A stretch of 32,000 bases of DNA from Candidatus Altimarinota bacterium (GTDB lineage Bacteria > Patescibacteriota > Gracilibacteria > UBA1369): positions 1 through 32,000 of the forward strand of contig JBAZYK010000008.1 of assembly GCA_041659405.1 (NCBI GenBank), read 5' to 3'. Of the stretch, positions 24,459 through 32,000 are shown piece after piece. The notes under the pieces were generated by a model. The model was not told the DNA's origin and made no database searches. It was given only the letters and a program-made list of their open reading frames with translations. Made by a program: the position numbers and the translations under genes. The first letter of the stretch is position 1, and every line of letters begins with the position of its first letter.

Positions 24459-26204
24459 TTATGAATTAACAAAATCTTTTATTTCCCCCAAAACCTTATC
24501 CAATTTTACCAGTTTTCCATCTTTTTCATTGCGCAATTTCCATTCCACAGAGCCTTCTTTAAGCGTTCTATTGCTGATGGTAATACGCAATGGAATTCCA
24601 ATCAAATCCGCGTCATTAAATTTCTTTCCGGCTGAATCATTGCGATCATCGTAAAGAACTTCCACGCCAGCTTTAAGCAGCTCTTTATAAATCTTTTCCG
24701 CTTCACTTTTCACAGCCTCATCCTCACCTAAATGCATCATGTGCACAAGGAAAGGAGCTACCGATTTTGGCCAGATAATGCCTTTTTCGTCATGGCTGGC
24801 TTCCACAATTGTTCCCACCATGCGAGTCGTTCCAATACCATAACATCCCATCACAACCAAATTGCGTTCGCCTTTTTCATTGGTGAAATAAAGATCAAAA
24901 TTTTTGGAATATTTGGTGCCAAGTTTGAAAATATTTCCGGCCTCCACCGCTTTGATTTCTTCCAATGGCAGATCACATTTGCTGCATTTGAAGCCTTTTT
25001 CCACGGTAAGAAAATCAGCAAAAGTTTCAATTACAAAATCACGACCAACGTTTACATTTATAAGATCAACATTCTTTTTATTCGCGCCCGTCACAAAGTT
25101 TTTAACTTCTTTGATGGAATTATCACCAATAAAAGAAAGTCCTTCCGCACCCGCAACCTCACCCGGTTTATGCTTTGGTCCGCCTGTAACATTTTGCATG
25201 CCAACAGGGGAGATAAATCCTTGCACTAAGCCAAGTTCTTCCAGTTCTTTTGGGGATGCAGTCCTGATTTCCGCACCCAAAAATTTGCCAAGTTTATATT
25301 CATTAACTTGCAGATCACCGCGAATACAAACTCCAACAAAACCTCCACCAACTTTATAAATGATGGTTTTTAAAACTTTTGTCTCCGGAACATCATGCGC
25401 TTTTGCGCTTGCCTCAATGTTAAATTCACGCTCAACTTTTACTTCTTTCATCGGAAGTTCCTTTTCATCCGCATGAGGATTGTGGATTTTTCCTTCCGCC
25501 ACTTCCAGATTTTGCGCAACATTACATTTTTTACAAACCATAATTTTGTCTTCACCCGCAACGGTTTCCACCGAAAATTCATGGGAAAGTTTGTCACTAA
25601 AAATACCGCCACCAGCCTCAACCACATAGGCTGTAAGCCCACATCGGCGATAAACATTCATATAAGCTTCCTTTACTCTTTCATAATATAGATCCAAATC
25701 CGCATCGGAAGTATGAAAACTGTACATGTCTTTCATGCCGAATTCACGACCGCGCAATAAGCCGGATTTAGCGCGAGGTTCATTACGAAATTTGGTTTGA
25801 ATTTGATAAACCGAAAATGGTAAATCTTTGTAACTTTTAACGAATTTGGCAGCCAAAGGAGTTACCGCCTCTTCATGGCTTGGGCCAAACACAAAGTCCT
25901 TATCCCCGGCGCCCTTGGTCCTATACAAAATTGCATCGGCGGTTTTGTTGCGGCCCGTTGTTTCCCAAAGTTCCAATGGATGAAGCGAAGGCATCAAGAT
26001 TTCCTGTCCTTCAACCGCGTTCATCTCTTCGCGAATAATGTTCTTAACCTTCTCCAAAACTCGCAATCCCAAAGGCAAAAAATAATAGACCCCGGCTGTT
26101 AATTTATCCGCAAAACCGGCCTGGGTAAGATACTTGGCATTAATGGAATCGCTGTCGTGTGGAGCTTCCAGTTTAGTTCGACCAAAAAGTTTAGAATATC
26201 GCAT
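24459..26204 (-). CDS. proS: proline--tRNA ligase
   Basis: MRYSKLFGRTKLEAP..., class II motifs (FRNEPRAKSGLLRGREF, GCYGIG) and an anticodon-binding C-terminus. Start is placed at ATG 26204. The 30 upstream codons of the tracked ORF contain the promoter. Confidence 0.92.
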   Translation of the reverse strand: MRYSKLFGRTKLEAPHDSDSINAKYLTQAGFADKLTAGVYYFLPLGLRVLEKVKNIIREEMNAVEGQEILMPSLHPLELWETTGRNKTADAILYRTKGAGDKDFVFGPSHEEAVTPLAAKFVKSYKDLPFSVYQIQTKFRNEPRAKSGLLRGREFGMKDMYSFHTSDADLDLYYERVKEAYMNVYRRCGLTAYVVEAGGGIFSDKLSHEFSVETVAGEDKIMVCKKCNVAQNLEVAEGKIHNPHADEKELPMKEVKVEREFNIEASAKAHDVPETKVLKTIIYKVGGGFVGVCIRGDLQVNEYKLGKFLGAEIRTASPKELEELGLVQGFISPVGMQNVTGGPKHKPGEVAGAEGLSFIGDNSIKEVKNFVTGANKKNVDLINVNVGRDFVIETFADFLTVEKGFKCSKCDLPLEEIKAVEAGNIFKLGTKYSKNFDLYFTNEKGERNLVVMGCYGIGTTRMVGTIVEASHDEKGIIWPKSVAPFLVHMMHLGEDEAVKSEAEKIYKELLKAGVEVLYDDRNDSAGKKFNDADLIGIPLRITISNRTLKEGSVEWKLRNEKDGKLVKLDKVLGEIKDFVNS

Positions 26205-26254
26205 AAAAAATAAACGTGAGAAACGTAAATAAAGGCATAAATAAATCCACGGGT

Positions 26255-26263
26255 ATCTTAGCA
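26255..26263 (-). promoter_or_regulatory. extended -10 TGCTAAGAT for proS
   Basis: The minus strand reads cctgTGCTAAGATaccc, about 50 nt upstream of ATG 26204. Confidence 0.4.
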
Positions 26264-26319
26264 CAGGAGAACCCTGATCGCCATAAGATCTCATCGCTAC
26301 AATTTACACACCGACTCAC

Positions 26320-26349
26320 AAAAAGAGCCTCGCGACGGAGACTCTTTTT
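26320..26349. terminator. bidirectional intrinsic terminator-like hairpin
   Basis: aaaaagagcctc-gcgacg-gagactcttttt forms a 12-bp stem with one C-A mismatch. It has an A5 run before and a T5 run after, so either strand sees a U tract. Confidence 0.55.
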
Positions 26350-26466
26350 ACCGGTTTGGAACGAAGTAGCTTGAGAACAACAACCACATTATAAACCAAC
26401 ACGGCAAATAAAAACAAGATTTTAGATTTAATTCACAATTGCTTTAAAAAATTTTAATCTTTCTTC

Positions 26467-26475
26467 TGTATAAAT
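26467..26475 (+). promoter_or_regulatory. extended -10-like TGTATAAAT upstream of the tRNA
   Basis: TG at 26467-26468 and ATAAAT at 26470-26475, 18 nt before tRNA position 1. Confidence 0.35.
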
Positions 26476-26492
26476 GGAGATGCTCAATGCAT

Positions 26493-26561
26493 GGGCCCGC
26501 GTTTGGTAACAAAAGTTGCTTCGAGAACAACTTCACGGGGGTTCGATTCCCCTCGGGTCCA
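26493..26561 (+). tRNA. atypical tRNA: GGG...G3:U70 acceptor, A73, reduced D-arm, 5-nt variable loop, anticodon loop TTCGAGA (CGA)
   Basis: Acceptor gggcccg/cgggtcc with G3-T70. T arm ggggg-ttcgatt-cccct. D arm tttggtaacaaa. Anticodon stem gttgc/acaac has a C-A mismatch (alternatively agttg/caact with a 9-nt loop). No encoded CCA. Confidence 0.65.
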
Positions 26562-26580
26562 CATCACACATTGGGCTTTT

Positions 26581-27690
26581 TTATCTAGTCGTCGGCTGTG
26601 GAGCTTTGCTAACCACCTTAAATTCCTTCAAAGATGAATGCTCTCTTTCAACCAAGTTGTTCACCCATTTCTGATTTTTTTCGTACCATTGAAAGGTCTT
26701 CTGAATGCCTTCATCAAAAGTAACCGAAGGCTGCCAGCCAAGTTCATGCTCGATTTTAGATGGATCCATGGCATAACGGCGGTCGTGCGCCCGGCGATCC
26801 TCCACAAAAGTAATCAAATCCGCGCTTTTACCCAAAAATTTCAAAACATGACTGGTGATCTCCAGATTGGTGTATTCATTATGACCGCCAATATTGTAAA
26901 CCTCACCATAGTTTTTGCTCTGTACGATAAGGTCGATAGCCGAACAGTGATCCTCAACATAAAGCCAATCGCGAACATTTAGTCCATCGCCATAAACCGG
27001 AAGTGGCTTATCCTGGCTGGCTAATCGGAAAAAGAAGGGGATTAGTTTTTCCGGAAATTGATAAGGACCATAATTATTGGAGCAGCGACTAATGGTAATC
27101 GGCATTTTGTAAGTCTCAAAATAAGACTGCACCAAAAGGTCCGCAGCAGCCTTGGAAGCCGCATAAGGACAATTTGGATTGATTGGAGTTTTCTCGGTAA
27201 AATAATCTTTTGAGCCGGTTCCAAGATCACCATAAACTTCATCCGTGGAAATTTGATGATAACGCTGCACCTTGTTTTCACGTGAAGCAAGCAGCAAATT
27301 GTGCGTTCCCAGAATGTTGGTTTGCACAAAAATATGCGGATCAATAATGCTGCGATCAACATGAGTTTCCGCCGCAAAATTCACAATAATATCAAATTTT
27401 TCAGTCGCAAAAAGCTGATTTATAAATTTTTGATCAGCAATATCGCCCTGAATAAAGCGGACAGCGGCATGGTCAAAATGCTGGATGGCTTGTTCTTGCG
27501 CTTTTCCGCCGTTTTCCGCCTTCCCGGGAAGGAATTCATCATCCAGTAAACTGGCAATATTATCCAGATTTCCGGCATAAGTCAGCTTATCCAAAACCAC
27601 AATTTCATCATTTGGATACTTCTTGGCACGAAAATGCACGTAATTGGAGCCAATAAACCCCGCTCCGCCAGTTATAAGAATTTTAGACAT
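26581..27690 (-). CDS. rfbB: dTDP-glucose 4,6-dehydratase
   Basis: MSKILITGGAGFIGSNYV, AAETHVDRSI, STDEVYG and PYAASKAAADLLV (YxxxK). Start is at ATG 27690, not the tracked 27717. There is an insertion of about 30 aa (DDEFLPGKAENGGKAQEQAIQHFDH) after the first beta-alpha unit. Confidence 0.92.
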   Translation of the reverse strand: MSKILITGGAGFIGSNYVHFRAKKYPNDEIVVLDKLTYAGNLDNIASLLDDEFLPGKAENGGKAQEQAIQHFDHAAVRFIQGDIADQKFINQLFATEKFDIIVNFAAETHVDRSIIDPHIFVQTNILGTHNLLLASRENKVQRYHQISTDEVYGDLGTGSKDYFTEKTPINPNCPYAASKAAADLLVQSYFETYKMPITISRCSNNYGPYQFPEKLIPFFFRLASQDKPLPVYGDGLNVRDWLYVEDHCSAIDLIVQSKNYGEVYNIGGHNEYTNLEITSHVLKFLGKSADLITFVEDRRAHDRRYAMDPSKIEHELGWQPSVTFDEGIQKTFQWYEKNQKWVNNLVEREHSSLKEFKVVSKAPQPTTR

Positions 27691-27713
27691 AAATTTTTGA
27701 TTTGAATGGATTC

Positions 27714-27980
27714 TCATGAAAGCGATTTGTAAACAAATTTCCTGTGCCTAATGTAACAGATTTCGATTCTATACTTCTTGCCAAATACACGAAAAACAGC
27801 CCTATAATCGCCAATACGCATCCTGAAATAGTCCTTGAAACCAGATAGTTTCTCCAATCCGGCGACATCTGGAAAATTTTCCAATTCCCGGATTTTAACA
27901 AAAATTTTCTCTACAAAATGACTTTCGATTTTCCTTAAGTCCTTTTTGACAGACTGTTTAAAATCAATTTGAAATTTCAT
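27714..27980 (-). CDS. RelE/ParE-family type II toxin
   Basis: MKFQIDFKQSVKKDLRKI...FRMRIGDYRAVFRVFGKKYRIEICYIRHRKFVY matches the ParE/RelE toxin pattern (RxGDYR, hRHRxxxY). 88 aa. Confidence 0.85.
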   Translation of the reverse strand: MKFQIDFKQSVKKDLRKIESHFVEKIFVKIRELENFPDVAGLEKLSGFKDYFRMRIGDYRAVFRVFGKKYRIEICYIRHRKFVYKSLS

Positions 27981-28153
27981 GATTTTTTTAAAAATTTACG
28001 TTTCATCTCTTCAAAAGAAACAGTTTTTTCGTTTTTGCGTTCGGCAATCACAGATAAATCATGCAAATCTTCGTTCATCTGCTGATACTGTTTTATCGAA
28101 ATAATAACCGCAACTTTTTGCCCTTTTGCATCAGTAATAAATTGATCTCCCAT
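27977..28153 (-). CDS. putative type II antitoxin, 58 aa (Phd/YefM- or RelB-like), not in the ORF track
   Basis: My translation is MGDQFITDAKGQKVAVIISIKQYQQMNEDLHDLSVIAERKNEKTVSFEEMKRKFLKKS. The stop overlaps the toxin start in ATGA (27977-27980), the classic TA arrangement. Confidence 0.7.
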   Translation of the reverse strand: MGDQFITDAKGQKVAVIISIKQYQQMNEDLHDLSVIAERKNEKTVSFEEMKRKFLKKS

Positions 28154-28177
28154 AATTTTGTGCGTTAAAGTAACCCA

Positions 28178-28183
28178 ATTATA
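28178..28183 (-). promoter_or_regulatory. -10 TATAAT for the toxin-antitoxin operon, within the palindrome-like ttataccaatctataa
   Basis: The minus strand reads gattggTATAATtggg, 25 nt upstream of the antitoxin ATG. The overlapping imperfect inverted repeat could be the autoregulatory operator. Confidence 0.4.
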
Positions 28184-28215
28184 CCAATCTATAACATTAT
28201 CCTAAACAGAAGCAG

Positions 28216-28243
28216 TTGACGGGGGGGGGGATTATGTTAACAT
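28216..28243 (+). promoter_or_regulatory. candidate promoter TTGACG-(G9 + attatgt)-TAACAT with the homopolymer in the spacer
   Basis: TTGACG at 28216-28221 and TAACAT at 28238-28243 give a 16-nt spacer at the present G count. About 100 nt upstream of the surface-protein ATG. Confidence 0.35.
28221..28230. repeat. G10 homopolymer
   Basis: 28221-28230 is gggggggggg in an otherwise AT-rich intergenic region. Confidence 0.97.
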
Positions 28244-28340
28244 GGATTGATTACAATAAATTTAACCAAAAAACCTCATGAAACAATAAAAAACCAAAAA
28301 TTACAAAAGCCATAAAACTTTATTTTTTTACTAAACAAAC

Positions 28341-29459
28341 ATGAAAAACCAAAAACTATACTTAACACTCGGAGCCGTCGGCGTGCTCCTGGTTGCAGTA
28401 GTCGCCGTCGTAGCCTTACAGGGAAAAGGTGGAAACCTTAGTGGATATTTGGGAAGAGTAACAAATAATAGTCCAATCAATCAAAGTCTTCCAGTAGTCC
28501 CAAACACCCCAGTCACCTCAACCACAGCTTCTACAAATGTGAATTTACGTTTAACGCCACCTCCAACTCCCACAGCTACGATAGACTCCGCGACCAAATT
28601 ACCAAAAATCGCACCACCGGATAAAACAGCTCCCACTGTTTCGATAGACTCTCCAACGGACGGACAAACTATTCACGGAAATTTTACAGTCATCGCTTAT
28701 GCAAATGATAATATAGGCGTAACAAAAGTAGAATTCCGTTCAGGTTTAGGGTATGTATTATTACCCGCCGGGACTCTAACAAAACCTGATCCACAAACTA
28801 ATGCTTATAAATATACATTAAACACTTCAGGCGTTCCCGATGGTCTAAACCTGCTTAGCGTTTGGGCATACGACGCTGCAGGTAATGTTGGCAAAAAGAC
28901 AATAAGCATTAAACTTGATAACACGGGGCCCGACTTAAGTATTAGTATTCCAGATATGCACTCATTAGCGGATACATGTGCTGCTATTGAATCCAAGGCT
29001 GGTAGCTCCTTTGATGGTAACTGTTCTGGTCTTCTGGGCAATGGTATAATGTATGAGAAGCTTGTTCCGCTGAGTTTCAATGTCAACGCCGATGCATCTG
29101 ATGCCTCTGGCATAAGCAAAGTTACTTTTAGCATAGATAATGATATAGATAACGCAAAATGGGGCGCTACAGTTGATCCTGCCCCTTTTACTTTTACTCA
29201 GCAAATAGCCCACCGTAACCTCGACGAGGACATAAATCATAATAATATGGATTCTCAAGTTGCTTATGATGTGCCGTTAGGTAACCACTTTTTATATGTT
29301 CAAGCGTGGGATAAAGCGGGCAATATGACAAACAAAACAGTAAAATTCTCCGTAGACAATATACATCTTGTGTATAATCCTGATTCAAATCAACCCCCTA
29401 AGTCCATTGTCTATGATGCTGTTATTCCATTTATTAGAAACATACAAATCACAAATTAG
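28341..29459 (+). CDS. membrane-anchored/secreted surface protein with two Ig-like (bacterial Ig fold) domains
   Basis: N-terminal anchor MKNQKLYLTLGAVGVLLVAVVAVVALQG and a Pro/Thr linker. Two repeats follow the pattern PTVSIDSPTDGQTIHGNFTV...DNIGVTKVEF...AYDAAGNVGKKTISIKLDN and ...SGISKVTFSIDN...VQAWDKAGNMTNKTVKFSVDN. Confidence 0.8.
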   Translation: MKNQKLYLTLGAVGVLLVAVVAVVALQGKGGNLSGYLGRVTNNSPINQSLPVVPNTPVTSTTASTNVNLRLTPPPTPTATIDSATKLPKIAPPDKTAPTVSIDSPTDGQTIHGNFTVIAYANDNIGVTKVEFRSGLGYVLLPAGTLTKPDPQTNAYKYTLNTSGVPDGLNLLSVWAYDAAGNVGKKTISIKLDNTGPDLSISIPDMHSLADTCAAIESKAGSSFDGNCSGLLGNGIMYEKLVPLSFNVNADASDASGISKVTFSIDNDIDNAKWGATVDPAPFTFTQQIAHRNLDEDINHNNMDSQVAYDVPLGNHFLYVQAWDKAGNMTNKTVKFSVDNIHLVYNPDSNQPPKSIVYDAVIPFIRNIQITN

Positions 29460-29509
29460 TAAGTAATAAGTCCTAATCTATAATCATACAACCTGATAAT
29501 AGACACACT

Positions 29510-29549
29510 CCCCGGGATCTTGTGCATAAAACACCAGCCCGGGGTTTTT
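29510..29549 (+). terminator. terminator-like hairpin ccccggg...cccgggg followed by TTTTT
   Basis: 7-bp G/C stem (29510-29516 with 29538-29544), a 21-nt loop and a T5 tract at 29545-29549. 50 nt after the surface-protein stop. Confidence 0.55.
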
Positions 29550-29607
29550 GTTACATACAAAGTGGGCTAATATTAGACGAATGATGGACGAATAATTTTT
29601 GGCCTCG

Positions 29608-30006
29608 CTACGCTTCGGCCTGCTCCCCCAAAAACACCTCAAAATCGTAGATATATTTGTCCTTTTCGTAGTTCATGTTTGAGATCGCGCATAAAACAGC
29701 GCCGGGGGAAAATTTGCCGAATTCGCGCCAGCACATGCCTTCCATAACGATTGCATCTTCCGGACCTTTCATTTCAAACTCATGCCATTTTTCGCCATCG
29801 TGAATGCGAGCTGTCATTGTTCCTTCCATGGCAACATAAATTTTCTTTTCGCCGCGAACAGCGTGCCCACCACGATCCGCCAAAACCCCAGTCACATAAT
29901 AAACCCGCTTCACCGGCCAATCCACATAATCCTTCAACTCAACAGCACTCAAACTGCCCCGTGGATCCGCATGTGTAGGAATTTTAACCCTCTTAAACTT
30001 CTCCAT
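29608..30006 (-). CDS. FdtA/WxcM-like cupin (putative dTDP-4-keto-6-deoxyhexose 3,4-ketoisomerase)
   Basis: 132 aa. The N-terminal KIPTHADPRGSLSAVE (HxDxRGxL) motif and the size fit the FdtA/QdtA family rather than RmlC (about 180 aa). Confidence 0.65.
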   Translation of the reverse strand: MEKFKRVKIPTHADPRGSLSAVELKDYVDWPVKRVYYVTGVLADRGGHAVRGEKKIYVAMEGTMTARIHDGEKWHEFEMKGPEDAIVMEGMCWREFGKFSPGAVLCAISNMNYEKDKYIYDFEVFLGEQAEA

Positions 30007-30014
30007 AAAATTGA

Positions 30015-31991
30015 TTATAGCGTCCTAATTCGTTTTTCAATCTTATAAGCCTCAAGTTCATCTCCCTCCATCAACGGCATAAACCCTTCATAACGCATCC
30101 CGCATTCATTGCCGTCCGCGATTTCATGTACTGGCTTTTCCCCATGTCTAAGCGAAATAATCTGCCCTTCGCCAACCAGTAGATCCTTTCTGAATACACG
30201 TAATTTAACCTTATTTTCTATATAACCCTTAAGAACCTTACAACCAACAACCATATCTTTTTTGCCGGTCATAAACACCATTTTAACCTGAGCTCTTCCC
30301 AAAATATTTTCGATCATTTCAGGTTCCAAAAGACCCGTTAAAATCTTCTTAACATCATCGAGCAGTTTATAAATAATCGTATAGTTTAAAACTTCAACTC
30401 TTTCACGATCTGCCAATCTTTTAACATTCAGATTTGCCTCAACATGAAAACCCATCACGATTCCATTTGCAGCCGCAGCCATCAATACGTCCGATTCATT
30501 GATTGCCCCAACTCCGGAAAGAATAATTTTAACACCAACATCTTCATTTTTAATTTGAGCGAGCGACTGCTTTAAAGCTTCCAAAGAACCTTTTGTATCA
30601 GCCTTTAAAACCAGTTTCAATTGTTTGAGTTGTTTTGAACTGATCTGGGAAATAATTTCACCCACACCACGTTTTTCCAGCAAGGCCGCGTCCTTTAGAG
30701 TCTTAACGTTCAGAGCCTGAGATCGCGCCGCATGTTCATCTGCAGTAACCCGTAAAATATCGCCGGAAAAAGGCGTTTCTGCAAGGCCGGCAATTAAAAC
30801 AGGAGTTGAAGGAGGCGCAAACTTCATGCTTTTTCCAGCCGCATCTTTCATAACTTTAACGCGCCCATAAGTTGAACCGATAACCACATTGTCCATAACT
30901 TTCAAAGTTCCCGTATTGATAATTACGGTCGCAATCGGGCCCAAACTTTGGTCCAAATGCGCTTCAATTACAGTTCCAATAGCACCACGATTTGGATTTG
31001 CGCGGAGGTTTTCCATATCCGCCAAAAGCAAAACCATATCCAAAAGTTGTTGAATTCCTTCGCCTTTTAAAGCCGAAACCGGCACCATAATCGTTTTTCC
31101 ACCCCATTCTTCCGGAACCAGACCAAACTGACCAAGTTCACCTTTTACACGTTCAGGAGCCGCGCCCGGTTTATCAATTTTGTTTATTGCCACAATAATT
31201 GGCACTTCCGCGTCTTGAGCATGATGAATAGCTTCTTCGGTTTGTGGCTTAATGCCTTCATCCGCAGCTACAACCAAAATCGCAATATCTGTAACTTTAG
31301 CTCCACGCGCACGCATAGCCGTAAACGCCTCGTGACCGGGAGTGTCAAGAAATGTGATCTTGCGGCTATTTTTTACCACCTGATAAGCACCAATATGCTG
31401 CGTAATTCCACCGGATTCACCGGCAACCACATTGGTTTCACGAATTGCATCCAATAAAGTTGTCTTACCATGATCAACGTGCCCCATCACCACCACAATT
31501 GGCGGACGTTGCTGCAAATCAGCCGGATCATCTTCTTTTAACATGCCTTTAATATTTCCGGAAAACACATCTTCAGCGCTTGCTTCAGTGCGCTTCTTTT
31601 TAATTTTGATGCCAAGATCGTCTGAAATAATTTGAGCGGTATCGTAGTCAATTTGTTGGTTGATGTTAGCCAAAATTCCATTTTTCATCAATTCACCAAT
31701 AATTTTTGCCGCACCAAATCCGGTTTTTTCGGCAAATTCTTTTACGGAAATAACCTCGGCAATTTCAATTGTTCTATCCGACAAAGGTCGTAAAACTTGT
31801 GGTTCAAACTTTTTAGCAGGTTTTTTACCACCGGCGTCTTTTCCGGCCATCTGTTTTCTTTGGCTGCGGATAAGCTCACGATCAAGTTCCTGGGCAATTA
31901 ATTCATCATAAAGTTCAGCCTCTTCCAAAGGTTTTTCCGTTCCACCCAAAATCTCCTCGGTAATATCAACATGAGGGCCTTCTTCCTGCAC
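30015..31991 (-). CDS. infB: translation initiation factor IF-2 (N-terminus may continue beyond the window edge)
   Basis: G domain [29 protein letters not shown], then the IF-2 domains II to C2. The tracked start is GTG 31991, but the frame stays open to base 32000. Confidence 0.92.
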   Translation of the reverse strand: MQEEGPHVDITEEILGGTEKPLEEAELYDELIAQELDRELIRSQRKQMAGKDAGGKKPAKKFEPQVLRPLSDRTIEIAEVISVKEFAEKTGFGAAKIIGELMKNGILANINQQIDYDTAQIISDDLGIKIKKKRTEASAEDVFSGNIKGMLKEDDPADLQQRPPIVVVMGHVDHGKTTLLDAIRETNVVAGESGGITQHIGAYQVVKNSRKITFLDTPGHEAFTAMRARGAKVTDIAILVVAADEGIKPQTEEAIHHAQDAEVPIIVAINKIDKPGAAPERVKGELGQFGLVPEEWGGKTIMVPVSALKGEGIQQLLDMVLLLADMENLRANPNRGAIGTVIEAHLDQSLGPIATVIINTGTLKVMDNVVIGSTYGRVKVMKDAAGKSMKFAPPSTPVLIAGLAETPFSGDILRVTADEHAARSQALNVKTLKDAALLEKRGVGEIISQISSKQLKQLKLVLKADTKGSLEALKQSLAQIKNEDVGVKIILSGVGAINESDVLMAAAANGIVMGFHVEANLNVKRLADRERVEVLNYTIIYKLLDDVKKILTGLLEPEMIENILGRAQVKMVFMTGKKDMVVGCKVLKGYIENKVKLRVFRKDLLVGEGQIISLRHGEKPVHEIADGNECGMRYEGFMPLMEGDELEAYKIEKRIRTL

Positions 31992-32000
31992 AGACTTAGC

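Noticed and set aside
26205-26294. N-terminal 30 codons of the tracked proS ORF (MRSYGDQGSPVLRYPW...)
   Set aside because: The conserved ProRS N-terminus starts at MRYSKLFG (ATG 26204), and a TGCTAAGAT promoter lies inside the extension. Similar over-extensions were trimmed for rfbB (27717 to 27690), rnhB (18205 to 18265) and rfbD (24472 to 24448).
26295-26561. tmRNA (ssrA), suggested by the GGGGGTTCGATTCCCC...TCCA 3' end and the G3:U70 pair
   Set aside because: The complementary 5' acceptor strand lies only about 60 nt upstream, giving a tRNA-sized cloverleaf. I found no tag-peptide reading frame (ANDENYALAA-like) or pseudoknot region upstream.

Overview
Low-GC bacterial chromosome segment. 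Hand-counted 60-nt lines in the background give about 30% GC. Genes are compact and I see no GGAGG-type Shine-Dalgarno sites. This fits an uncultured small-genome lineage, but the taxon is only an inference. The window has three parts. (1) 221-14947 is an accessory-looking island with no families I recognise. It holds a minus-strand operon of five orphan proteins (951/119/672/140/824 aa) and a divergent plus-strand block. That block has a 909-aa repeat/TPR-like protein and two tandem paralogs (352/391 aa) with mosaic near-identity. An HNH nuclease sits at the island border. (2) 15164-20248 is housekeeping: tig, a small membrane protein, a wHTH regulator, rplS with an acidic tail, rnhB and a polysaccharide pyruvyl transferase. 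(3) 21774-32000 mixes cell-envelope sugar genes with translation genes: PfkB-family kinase, rfbA, rfbD, proS, an atypical tRNA, rfbB, a RelE/ParE toxin-antitoxin pair, an Ig-like surface protein, an FdtA-like cupin and infB. The most anomalous locus is 20.44-21.76 kb. It is a GC-rich block (58-72% GC in counted lines) that fills one intergenic gap. It is bracketed by a perfect 15-bp inverted repeat and encodes a GC3-rich lipoprotein behind a hairpin-rich leader of about 360 nt. A 91-nt cloverleaf-like element and a 136-nt element closed by a perfect 23-bp stem follow it. Other leads are a tRNA combining a G3:U70 acceptor pair with a CGA anticodon, a G10 tract inside a promoter spacer upstream of the surface protein, and near-identical 33-bp tandem repeats in the 909-aa gene. 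No CRISPR array, rRNA, transposase or reverse transcriptase was seen. All functional calls rest on motif recognition by eye. No database search was run.
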